Source: Promethearchaeota archaeon (lineage in GTDB: Archaea > Asgardarchaeota > Lokiarchaeia > Sigyniarchaeales > SOKP01). From it: 64,000 nt of DNA. Location: contig JAHLWS010000038.1 of the NCBI GenBank assembly GCA_019057795.1, forward strand, positions 1 through 64,000, read 5' to 3'. This document shows positions 1 to 8,836 of the stretch, piece after piece; positions within the stretch are counted from its first letter, which is position 1; each line of letters opens with the position of its first letter. Below the pieces are notes generated by a model that saw only the letters and a program-made list of their open reading frames with translations, was not told the DNA's origin and searched no databases. The position numbers and the translations under genes are program-made.

Positions 1-138
1 GACGCTAAATTTAAGGCGTCTACTGCCAAATTAAGAATTCATCCCCCCCTACTTTTTTCTTCAACGTCTTTAAATTCATTAATGTCGTTAGTTACATTAA
101 GAAAAACTTTTTTTTTGATACTTAACTTGTAAACTTAA

Positions 139-543
139 GAAATCGCTAAAATATTAAAAAAATCCCCAGTAACGGTAAAAAAGCATATAGAAGAACTAGA
201 ACAACAAGGCGTTATCAAAGGGTATGGGATTGATATTGACTTTGAAAAATTGGGGTACAATATTATTGCGACAATAGAAGTAACTGTTTCAAAAGGTAAA
301 ATGATTGAAGTAGAAACGGATATCGCGGAAAATCCTAATGTCTTTGGGGTCTACGATATCACGGGAGATTACGACGCCCTCGTTTTTGCTCGCTTCAAAA
401 CGCGCACGGAGTTAAGCGCAATGATTAAAAAACTTCACTCATCTCCTTATGTAGAACGGACAAATACCCATCTAATTTTGAATGTAATTAAAGAAGGAAG
501 CTCTTTTGTTGATCTTTTAGAAAAAGAGAAGAGTAGTAAGTAG
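139..543 (+). CDS. Lrp/AsnC family transcriptional regulator, apparently 5'-truncated
   Basis: The frame is open from 139 (EIAKILKKSPVTVKKHIEELEQQGVIKGY, the Lrp HTH) into the RAM domain (VYDITGDYD). In-frame TAA codons lie at 130 and 136, the first helix is missing and there is no ATG. Confidence 0.8.
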   Translation, partial: EIAKILKKSPVTVKKHIEELEQQGVIKGYGIDIDFEKLGYNIIATIEVTVSKGKMIEVETDIAENPNVFGVYDITGDYDALVFARFKTRTELSAMIKKLHSSPYVERTNTHLILNVIKEGSSFVDLLEKEKSSK

Positions 544-641
544 ATACGCACACATTTTTATTTAAATCTCCAATTTTCACTTTTATTACTAAATTTGTCG
601 GGACTCTATTTTTATTATTCTTGAATTTTATATCCATAACT

Positions 642-860
642 ATGAGTTTAGAAATTATTGAAAAAAAAAATGCTGTACTAAAAGAAAATATTTATATCTT
701 GCCAAATAACGATTTTTTTGATCTTTCTCACTCCATCATCCCCTTTTCAGACTTTTTCCAAAAATATCCTCGCTCAGATCTATACGCAGGGATGGAAAAC
801 ATTCCTTTCGAAGAAAGAGACCCGGAATATAAAAAAATTTTACTAACCGAATTTTCATAA
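642..860 (+). CDS. small hypothetical protein
   Basis: ORF with a plausible ATG at 642; no recognised motif. Confidence 0.45.
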   Translation: MSLEIIEKKNAVLKENIYILPNNDFFDLSHSIIPFSDFFQKYPRSDLYAGMENIPFEERDPEYKKILLTEFS

Positions 861-995
861 ATTATCTTCAAAAAATCTTTTTTCTTGTAATAAAAAGGAA
901 ATGTTTAATCTAGATTAACTCCTTTATGCAAACATTTAAATTTGTTATTCAATCTATTAAATGTTAGATTAACTTTTTTGAGAGGAATGAATTTT

Positions 996-1154
996 ATGTC
1001 ATTTTATTGGAGACTCAGATATATGTTAAGAAAATCTAAGGAAATAGAAGATTTAGAAAAAGAAAAAGGAGTTAGAGGAGATAAAGGGATTAAAGGAGTT
1101 AGGGACACCTTAAGAGAAATCGACGAAAGAAATTCAAAAAATAATCCTGAATAG
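996..1154 (+). CDS. small basic hypothetical protein
   Basis: ATG preceded by GAGAGG; translates MSFYWRLRYMLRKSKEIEDLEK... Confidence 0.45.
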   Translation: MSFYWRLRYMLRKSKEIEDLEKEKGVRGDKGIKGVRDTLREIDERNSKNNPE

Positions 1155-1341
1155 AAATATAAATATATGATGTTATCTCTTCAGTTGGATTGCGTGGAAT
1201 TAGGATGTAATACCCATAGATCCAATGAACTATGTCTCCACCATCAAATCCTATAGCCTGACTTACATGAGTTGGGAAGATAAATCCACTTAATGAAAAA
1301 CCAGGTGATAAATAAAAGAATAGAATAATTTTCCAAGGCAC
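1099..1341 (-). CDS. hypothetical membrane protein, possibly a truncated remnant
   Basis: GTG start preceded by AGAGGGAGAG; hydrophobic N-terminus; the 3' end overlaps the convergent ORF. Confidence 0.35.
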   Translation of the reverse strand: MPWKIILFFYLSPGFSLSGFIFPTHVSQAIGFDGGDIVHWIYGYYILIPRNPTEEITSYIYISIQDYFLNFFRRFLLRCP

Positions 1342-1345
1342 GCTC

Positions 1346-2084
1346 TCCCTCTTTTTTTATAGAATTTAATTATTGCGTTATAATATTTTTTGTCAACTAA
1401 AATAGTTTATTCTCTACGAACTAAACATCTCAAATGATTTAAATCCCCACTTCAAGGTTAAAATTTATATTTTATAATTTAACTCTGAATAACCCTTAAT
1501 TCTAATTTGTTAAATGTTTAATCTCCTTACCGAAATTCATGGTGACATATAAATTTCTTAATTTTTATTTGATAGTAATAAAATTGAATTATATATAAAG
1601 GTGTAAACAAATGTCTGAAACTGAGGAAAAAGAAAAATCTTCAGAAATAGAGCCTGTAAAAGACAAACCCTTAAAATTAATTGCCTATCCTCAAGTATGC
1701 GCCGTAGAGAACGAAGATAGCACCGGATTCGATATAGAAGTGTATTTACCTGGCGTTGATAAGGATACAATTAAATTGAAAATGGATAGCGAATACATAA
1801 TTATTACCGGTGAGACAGATACAGTGAAATATACAGGATTTTATAATTTATGTTGTCCTGTTGAGCCTGAAAAAGCCAAAACTACGTATAAAGAAGGTTT
1901 GTTGAAGATTACCGTGCCCTATAAGGAGATTAAAATGCAAACCATAGATATAAAAATCGATTAATTTTTTTTTCTTTTTTTTAACTTGTTATTAGATTTT
2001 TTTAAATATTAAAGAAGTTGTTCCCTCTTGTTCTATAAATTGTATAAAATCTCTAATTAATAATATTTTTTGTCAACTTAAATA
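1346..2084. repeat. direct repeat pair (duplicated minus-strand promoter/RBS) flanking hsp20
   Basis: ATAATATTTTTTGTCAACT is identical at 1380-1398 and 2060-2078, and TCCCTCTT lies upstream of both (1346, 2022). Confidence 0.65.
1611..1964 (+). CDS. Hsp20/alpha-crystallin small heat-shock protein
   Basis: LPGVDKDTI and AKTTYKEGLLKITVP motifs. Confidence 0.9.
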   Translation: MSETEEKEKSSEIEPVKDKPLKLIAYPQVCAVENEDSTGFDIEVYLPGVDKDTIKLKMDSEYIIITGETDTVKYTGFYNLCCPVEPEKAKTTYKEGLLKITVPYKEIKMQTIDIKID

Positions 2085-2395
2085 TATTTTTCATGTAAAG
2101 AGTAGGCTCATAAAGAAATTTTTTAGTAAATATACTATAAAATTCTCAGTTTTTTGTCGGTACGCGTTTTTTTGTGGTTAAAAAAATTTTAACGCAAAAC
2201 AATAAGTTTATAAGCAAGTTAAGCAGTTTTTGAAACCTTTTTAGATCCTTTTATAATAAATTGAACAAATCTTAAGAGAAATCCCAAAAGGAAAACTATA
2301 TATGGATACAAACGCTATATTATTTAAAATATTTTCATTATGGGAAACAAATCCCATAAACAATAAAAAAAAATTATCTTGTATATGAATTATGG

Positions 2396-2656
2396 ATGAT
2401 GAAGATGTTAGAAAAGTTAGATAAAAACCCAGCGGTTGCGATAATCGCAACGGAAGAAGTGTTTAAGACCTATGAACTAATATGCTTAGATAAGTTAAAG
2501 GAAATAGGGAGATCAACAGCGAGAGAGTGGTCTTTTGCAATGGGATACAACCATCGTAGTTCACTTGCTAAAATTATTCGAAGGATTAAAGAGAGATACC
2601 CTGAGAAGCTCAAGATTTATGAAGATAGATATCCACGCCTCTACGAAGCAATGTAG
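2396..2656 (+). CDS. small putative winged-helix DNA-binding protein
   Basis: LKEIGRSTAREWSFAMGYNHRSSLAKIIRRI resembles an HTH, followed by a beta-wing (LKIYEDRYPRLYEA). Confidence 0.6.
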   Translation: MMKMLEKLDKNPAVAIIATEEVFKTYELICLDKLKEIGRSTAREWSFAMGYNHRSSLAKIIRRIKERYPEKLKIYEDRYPRLYEAM

Positions 2657-2659
2657 AAC

Positions 2660-2798
2660 TTGTAATTCTCAAAACCAAAATTACAATTCTAACCATCGTG
2701 AATGGAATTGTAAGCACGACACAGTATCCAAAAACCTTTGCCATGGATGCCCCCTATGTTGAATACATAGCCATGGCAAGGGTGATAACTGTGGTTAG
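2660..2798 (+). ncRNA. unassigned structured RNA element
   Basis: Nested helices: ACCTTTGCCATGG 2734-46 / CCATGGCAAGGGT 2771-83, CTATGT/ACATAG, CTAACCA 2689-95 / TGGTTAG 2792-98 and TCGTG/CACGA. The strand is uncertain. Confidence 0.5.
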
Positions 2799-2856
2799 TA
2801 AGATATAACTACGAAAAATATACTTAATAAAAATATAATATATATAAGAAATAAAA

Positions 2857-4656
2857 TTAATCCATTGCTTTTTCAAACTCGTTAACAAATTCTTCGAATT
2901 GTTTTATCCCTAGCTTCCAAAAGTCGGGCTTGGTTATATCTAAACCAACAATATCGCCTAGTTCAACAGGAGATAAACTTCCTCCGGCACTTAAAAGTTT
3001 CTTAAATTTGGGGATAAAAGACTGACCTTCTTCCTTATACTTGCGATATAAAGCGAATACAAAAAGTTGGGCGTATACATATGGATAATTGTAAAATCGA
3101 AAATTCGGCTGATAATAATGGGGTTTCATAGTCCATTCCCATATCATTTCATCGAACCACTCAACGGAATCACCGTATATTCTATCTCTTCCAGCACACC
3201 AGTACTTTGAGATTGTTGGGCCATCTAAATTTTCGCCTTTTTCGATTGCATCATATAGACTTTGTTCGAACCATAAGCGTCCACTTACTTGAAACGCAGC
3301 TTGCCCTGCATCGTCTAACACGTGTGCTAAGAGCGCTCTTTTTTCTTCGTTACTTTCTGCCTTATTTAATAAAAGATCTGTCATCAAAAGCTCGCCAAAT
3401 GTGGACGCGGTTTCAGCAACCGTATATCCTGGGAAGCCGTTAAAGTACGATTGTTCTTTAACAGCAAGATAAGCATGAATAGCATGGCCAAGCTCGTGAG
3501 CGAGAGTGTATATTTCATTTAAAGCACCTGTAAACGATAGCAAAATAAAAGCAGACTTTCCTTTGTTCCAAGTGTCGCAGTACGCTCCATTTCTTTTTCC
3601 TTTTCTTACAGCAGCGTCTATATGGTTTTTTGTGAACATATCATTGACATATTTCTCAAAATCTTTATCAACCTTTCCATAAGCTTCAAAAACAAGCTCT
3701 TTTGCTTCAGTCCAAGAACGTTTTTTCATTGAAGGTGCTTTAATAGGAGCTCGAACATCAGCACAAGTTAGTTTGGGCAAGTTCATTAGTTTTGCTTTAA
3801 GACTTAAATATCTTCTATAAACGCCTACATTATCCTCTATGACCTTCATCAAGTTGTCAATAATAATTTGTGTTGTATCGTTTGTAATAAGGCTCTGATG
3901 CATTGGACTATCGTATTTACGCCTTTTGGTAATTTTCATCCAATCTGAACAAATATTTCTGAGCGCTGTAGAAAAAACTTCTTGATCTTTTCCTAGTAAC
4001 CCATAGATAGATTTGTTAGCAGAGATCCTCGTTGCTCTATCGGGATGAGTTATTAAACTGTTAGCCTCTCCATAAGATAAAATTTTCTTTTCTCCTTCTA
4101 CTTCGACCTCAAATTCCCTTGTATTTAACCATTTGCCCTGTAAACTGCTCCATGCTTTTATTCCATATTGGTCTTTTTCTAAAATCAACTGTTCTTCAAT
4201 CTCTGAGAGCTGGTGTGGAACATCCCTTACAATTTTCTCTAAAAAATGCTTATAGTTTTTTAATATTGGATTATCTACCAATTCTTTTCGACTATAAACA
4301 AGTTTACCGATCTCCAATTTTAAAAAAGCCAGTTTCTTAGAAGTATCAGTGTTAAAGTCATCAATTTTATTTTTTAGCGCTTCTAATTCTGGAATTGTCA
4401 TGTTCGCATCGTACGACATATGAGAAAATAACGCTAATTCTTCAAGATTTTCGTAAAACTCTTCTTGCTTCTTAAACAACTCGAATAAATCCTTAACTGA
4501 GAAACTTGGTACATTAATTTTCCCTTTATATGTCTTTACAAAATCTTCCACTTGTTTATGAAGCGAATCCATAGTTTTGGAAATTCTTGGATCATCGTGG
4601 CCAGAAAAAATTTCAGATAAATCCCACGTAATTTCGTTTTCTTTCATAGTAATCAA
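2857..4656 (-). CDS. pepF: M3B oligoendopeptidase F
   Basis: WDLSEIF N-terminus, GKRNGAYC, TLAHELGH zinc motif, AETASTFGE, FYNYPY. Confidence 0.93.
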   Translation of the reverse strand: MITMKENEITWDLSEIFSGHDDPRISKTMDSLHKQVEDFVKTYKGKINVPSFSVKDLFELFKKQEEFYENLEELALFSHMSYDANMTIPELEALKNKIDDFNTDTSKKLAFLKLEIGKLVYSRKELVDNPILKNYKHFLEKIVRDVPHQLSEIEEQLILEKDQYGIKAWSSLQGKWLNTREFEVEVEGEKKILSYGEANSLITHPDRATRISANKSIYGLLGKDQEVFSTALRNICSDWMKITKRRKYDSPMHQSLITNDTTQIIIDNLMKVIEDNVGVYRRYLSLKAKLMNLPKLTCADVRAPIKAPSMKKRSWTEAKELVFEAYGKVDKDFEKYVNDMFTKNHIDAAVRKGKRNGAYCDTWNKGKSAFILLSFTGALNEIYTLAHELGHAIHAYLAVKEQSYFNGFPGYTVAETASTFGELLMTDLLLNKAESNEEKRALLAHVLDDAGQAAFQVSGRLWFEQSLYDAIEKGENLDGPTISKYWCAGRDRIYGDSVEWFDEMIWEWTMKPHYYQPNFRFYNYPYVYAQLFVFALYRKYKEEGQSFIPKFKKLLSAGGSLSPVELGDIVGLDITKPDFWKLGIKQFEEFVNEFEKAMD

Positions 4657-4760
4657 GTTGTCATAAATTCTAAAAAAATAAAAATCTTATCTTTATCGAA
4701 AAACGATGCTAATAAATTGGTTAATTAAATTAAGCTAATCAATAGAATTTTGTAAACAAA

Positions 4761-6320
4761 TTATTCGTACTCAATTGTACTGGGAGGCTTATTTGAAATA
4801 TCGTAAACCACTCGATTTATGCCTTTAACCTCATTAATTATCCGGGTCCCAATTTTATCCAAAAGCTCCCAATCTAATTTTGCAAAATTAGCCGTCATGG
4901 CATCTAACGATTCGACAACTCTTATGGAGCATATATACTCGTAGGTACGGAAATCACCCATTATTCCTACTGTTTTTAAAGGTAAGAACACGCAAAAAGC
5001 TTGCCAAAGGGCATCATAAACGCCCGCTTTTTTGATCTCTTCAATTAATATCTCATCTGCTTCTCTCAAAATTGTAAGTTTGTCTTTGTCAATCGCCCCG
5101 ATAATCCTTACGGCCAACCCTGGACCGGGAAAAGGATGACGCCTTATAATGTCTTCTGGTAATCCTAGTTTTAGACCTATTTTTCTAACTTCATCTTTGT
5201 ATAAATCTTTCAAGGGTTCAATAATTTTTAGCTTCATATCGTCAGGTAAAGTCAAGTTATGGTGGGACTTGATTTTTACTGAAGTTTTACTTGTCGCAGC
5301 AGTTTCTACACGATCGGGATAGATTGTTCCTTGAACTAGAAATTTAATATTGGGATGTGATTCTTCTAACTCAATTGTTTTTTTTTCGAAGACTTCGATA
5401 AAAGTATGACCGATAATTCTTCTTTTTTCTTCAGGATCTTTAATGTCTTTTAACTTTTCTAAAAATAAGTCTTCAGCGTCAATGTAATGGAAGTTTTCTA
5501 ATTTTAGCGCGTGTTTGAATGTTTCTTGAACCTCAATTTCTTCGTTTTTTCTTAATACTCCATTGTTGACAAAAATGCTATGTAACCGATTTCCTATCGC
5601 TCTTTGGAGCAAAATCGCCACAACAGAGGAATCAACACCTCCACTTAGCCCTAAAATCACTCTATCGGTTGATCCAATTTCACTTCTAATTTTTTCGATT
5701 GCGTTTTCTATCCAATCTTCTAACATCCATTCATTCTTCGCTTTTACAATGTTCAAAACGAAGTTTTTCAAAACGGTAATCCCCTTTTGCGTATGGATAA
5801 CTTCAGGATGAAATTGAACGCCGAATAAATTCAAACTTTCATTTGCATACGCCGCAATAGGGCAAGTAATTGTTTTTGCTAATACTTCGAAACCGTCTGG
5901 CATAGATTCGACTTGGTCTCCGTGAGACATCCACACAGTCTCCCTCTTATCTAAAGATTCGAATAGTTTCTTAGGCTTAAGGATTTCTAACTCCGTTTTG
6001 CCGTATTCTTTCCGATTAAATGGCTTTATTTTTCCACCTAATTGATGAATTATCAAGTGTAAACCATAGCAAATCCCCAAAACAGGTATTTTTTCCTTTT
6101 TTACAAAACTAAAGAAATTTTCTGTTAGTTGTGGACTATCCTCTTCGTAGACGCTACTAGGGCCACCAGAAAGAATAATCCCTTTTGGGTCAACCCTTTT
6201 TAATTCTCCAATAGAGACATCGTATGGTAAAATTTCTGAATACACTCCTAATTCTCTAATACGTCTAGCTATAAGGTGCGTATACTGTGAACCCATGTCT
6301 ATTACGCAGATTTTATCCAT
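4761..6320 (-). CDS. guaA: GMP synthase (glutamine-hydrolysing), fused GATase + ATP-PPase
   Basis: GSQYTHLIARR, LGICYG, QFHPEV, LSGGVDS, RHPFPGPGL and C-terminal KPPSTIEYE. Confidence 0.97.
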   Translation of the reverse strand: MDKICVIDMGSQYTHLIARRIRELGVYSEILPYDVSIGELKRVDPKGIILSGGPSSVYEEDSPQLTENFFSFVKKEKIPVLGICYGLHLIIHQLGGKIKPFNRKEYGKTELEILKPKKLFESLDKRETVWMSHGDQVESMPDGFEVLAKTITCPIAAYANESLNLFGVQFHPEVIHTQKGITVLKNFVLNIVKAKNEWMLEDWIENAIEKIRSEIGSTDRVILGLSGGVDSSVVAILLQRAIGNRLHSIFVNNGVLRKNEEIEVQETFKHALKLENFHYIDAEDLFLEKLKDIKDPEEKRRIIGHTFIEVFEKKTIELEESHPNIKFLVQGTIYPDRVETAATSKTSVKIKSHHNLTLPDDMKLKIIEPLKDLYKDEVRKIGLKLGLPEDIIRRHPFPGPGLAVRIIGAIDKDKLTILREADEILIEEIKKAGVYDALWQAFCVFLPLKTVGIMGDFRTYEYICSIRVVESLDAMTANFAKLDWELLDKIGTRIINEVKGINRVVYDISNKPPSTIEYE

Positions 6321-6587
6321 AGAATATAAACTACTTTGTAATGTTGATTAAGTATTTATTAAATTGATATTTTAATTAACTTTTTCAATATAAAATATAT
6401 ATTGATTATCATCGTAAAAAAATAAATAAGTAAAAGAAAAAAGGATAAAAAAATCAAATTGAATTGATTTATTGGTCTTTTTTATAATTTAAAGAAGTAA
6501 TAATTAAATGCTTATTCATAAAGCAGTACTTGTACTAATGATATTTTTTTTTTAAATCATAGAAACTAAACTAAAGAAGAAAAAATC

Positions 6588-7838
6588 ATGAAAGAAAATC
6601 TAGATCCGTTTCAGATCTCTCAAATACAACTTTATAATGCGTGTAAGATTCGAGGTTGTGATAGAGAAATTTATAAATCTTTAAGTCAGCCTGAAAGATT
6701 CGTTGAAATAAAGCTAACAATAAAGATGGACGACAATTCTCTTAAAACTTTTAAGGGTTTTCGTTCTCAATACAATTCTGCGAGAGGTCCAATGAAAGGA
6801 GGAATAAGGTGGCATCCTGATGAAACTGCTGCACTTGTAAAAGCATTGAGCGCTTGGATGACATGGAAATGTGCATGTGTAGATATTCCATTGGGGGGTG
6901 CTAAAGGTGGTATCATTTGTGATCCAAGAGAAATGAGTAATAGAGAACTAGAAACGCTTGCAAGGAGTTATATTAGGAAATTAGCAGATTTTATTGGACC
7001 AAATATTGATGTTCCTGCGCCTGATGTCTATACTAACCCCCAAATTATGGCTTGGATGATGGACGAATATGAAATAATTGTACGTAAGCATGCGCCATCT
7101 GTAATAACTGGAAAACCATTACCCTTAGGAGGTAGTGCTGGGCGTTCAATTGCAACGGCAAAAGGTGGATCATATTGCATCAGAGAAGCTGCAAAAGATC
7201 TTGGTTTAGATTTAAATGGAGCAAGAGTTGTAATACAGGGATATGGAAATGCTGGCTCTTGGGGTGCTAAAATCTTGCAAGATGATTATAATTGTAAGAT
7301 AATTGCTGTTTCCGATTCAAAAGGGGGCATTTACAATAAAAATGGGATTGATGCTTATGCTGCTTCGGAACACAAAGAAAGAGCTTCCACGGTAGTAGGG
7401 TTGAAAGGAACGCAAGAAATAACAAATGAAGAATTATTAGAATTAGAATGCGATGTTTTAGTTCCTTCTGCGCTTGAAAATGTAATTACACGTAAAAATT
7501 CACAAAATGTAAATTGTAAGATTATAGCAGAACTCGCAAATGGACCAACAACACCTGCAGGAGATCAAATTTTATTCAAAAATGACATTGTTGTTATTCC
7601 TGATTTTTTATGTAATGCTGGAGGCGTTACTGTTTCTTATTTCGAAATGGTGCAAGGATATTATCAATATTTCTGGACTGAGGCAGAAGTATTTACTGCA
7701 TTGGATAAAATAATAACTAAAGCATACATTTCCGTTGTTCATAAAGCAAAAGAACATAATTCTAATTATAGAATGGGTGCATATTTAATAGCCATTGATA
7801 GGGTGATAAATGCCATGAAATTACGTGGTTGGTTATAG
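6588..7838 (+). CDS. gdhA: glutamate dehydrogenase (Glu/Leu/Phe/Val family), copy 1
   Basis: KGGIRW, MTWK, GGAKGG, DVPAPDV, IQGYGNAG, ANGPTT, NAGGVTVSY. Confidence 0.93.
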   Translation: MKENLDPFQISQIQLYNACKIRGCDREIYKSLSQPERFVEIKLTIKMDDNSLKTFKGFRSQYNSARGPMKGGIRWHPDETAALVKALSAWMTWKCACVDIPLGGAKGGIICDPREMSNRELETLARSYIRKLADFIGPNIDVPAPDVYTNPQIMAWMMDEYEIIVRKHAPSVITGKPLPLGGSAGRSIATAKGGSYCIREAAKDLGLDLNGARVVIQGYGNAGSWGAKILQDDYNCKIIAVSDSKGGIYNKNGIDAYAASEHKERASTVVGLKGTQEITNEELLELECDVLVPSALENVITRKNSQNVNCKIIAELANGPTTPAGDQILFKNDIVVIPDFLCNAGGVTVSYFEMVQGYYQYFWTEAEVFTALDKIITKAYISVVHKAKEHNSNYRMGAYLIAIDRVINAMKLRGWL

Positions 7839-8017
7839 GGCATACATCACTCTATAATTTTTAACATAAAATGAAAAACTTTTCTTTTTTTTTCACTTTT
7901 TAATGAACAAACAACAATTTCTATATACTAATAGATCATTTTATTAAAAATAATTTAATTTTAAATACTATATTAAATTTTTAATATCATAATAGATATA
8001 ATTTGGAGTTTAGAATT

Positions 8018-8236
8018 ATGTTACTAAACCCAAATGAGAGTTCTAAAGAAAATATGAATAAAGCTGCAGAATTAATTGATTTGCACAATAATACTTTGGA
8101 ATATCTAAAAAAGATGGAAAGAGTGCTCATCAATTCTATTTCTATAACGATGCATAATGGTTCAGTAAAAATATTTAAAGGTTATCGAGTTCACCATTCT
8201 ATTTTACGAGGTTAAGCATAAGGAGGTATTTTTTGA
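8018..8236 (+). pseudogene. decayed 5' fragment of a glutamate dehydrogenase (copy of the 14399 gene start)
   Basis: Colinear with gdh copy 2 (FKGYRVHHSILRG), then the GPAKGG motif is broken by TAA at 8213 and 8219 and TGA at 8234. The upstream non-coding DNA is duplicated too (7875 vs 14253). Confidence 0.88.
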
Positions 8237-8335
8237 CATCTAGATGAAAACATTGCTTTAGTAAAAAGTCATATCAACATAATATAAAATTAAATAGTTT
8301 TTCCAAAAAAAAACCATAAAAAATTGATATAAACC

Positions 8336-8836
8336 ATGACACAATCAGAAAAGAATTTAGAAGATGTAAATATAATAATAGATGAAACTTTTCTTGATAA
8401 ATCTATAGAAAAGCATGGTAATTTTCTTATTCCTATATTACAAGATATACAGGAAAAATATAGATATCTACCTGAAGAGTGCCTCATCATAATTGCAGAA
8501 AGATTGCAAATTCCACTGATAGAGGTGTATGGGGTGGCTACATTTTACCAGTCATTTAGTCTTATTCCTAAAGGCGAGCATATTATTACTGTTTGTTTAG
8601 GAACTGCATGTTATATACGTGGTGGAACAAATATGGTAGATGTGCTTACAAAAGAATTGAATATAAAACCTGGAGAAACTACAAAAGATAAAAAATTCTC
8701 GCTTGAAACGGTTAATTGTCTTGGTTGTTGTGCTATAGGGCCTATGGTTCTAATAGATGATGAATATTATGGGGAGATGACACCACCAAAGGTAATTAAA
8801 CTTATAAAAACTCTGAAGATGGAAAAAAATGAATAA
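8336..8836 (+). CDS. NuoE/HydC-like 2Fe-2S subunit
   Basis: VATFY, CLGTAC and CLGCC thioredoxin-like 2Fe-2S motifs. Confidence 0.93.
   Translation: MTQSEKNLEDVNIIIDETFLDKSIEKHGNFLIPILQDIQEKYRYLPEECLIIIAERLQIPLIEVYGVATFYQSFSLIPKGEHIITVCLGTACYIRGGTNMVDVLTKELNIKPGETTKDKKFSLETVNCLGCCAIGPMVLIDDEYYGEMTPPKVIKLIKTLKMEKNE

Noticed and set aside
2341-2356. TGGGA-N6-TCCCA palindrome upstream of the wHTH gene
   Set aside because: 5-bp arms in a single copy are too weak to call an operator.
2535-2762. 75-aa Cys-containing ORF overlapping the 86-aa gene
   Set aside because: It overlaps a better ORF in another frame and runs through the structured element; no family resemblance.
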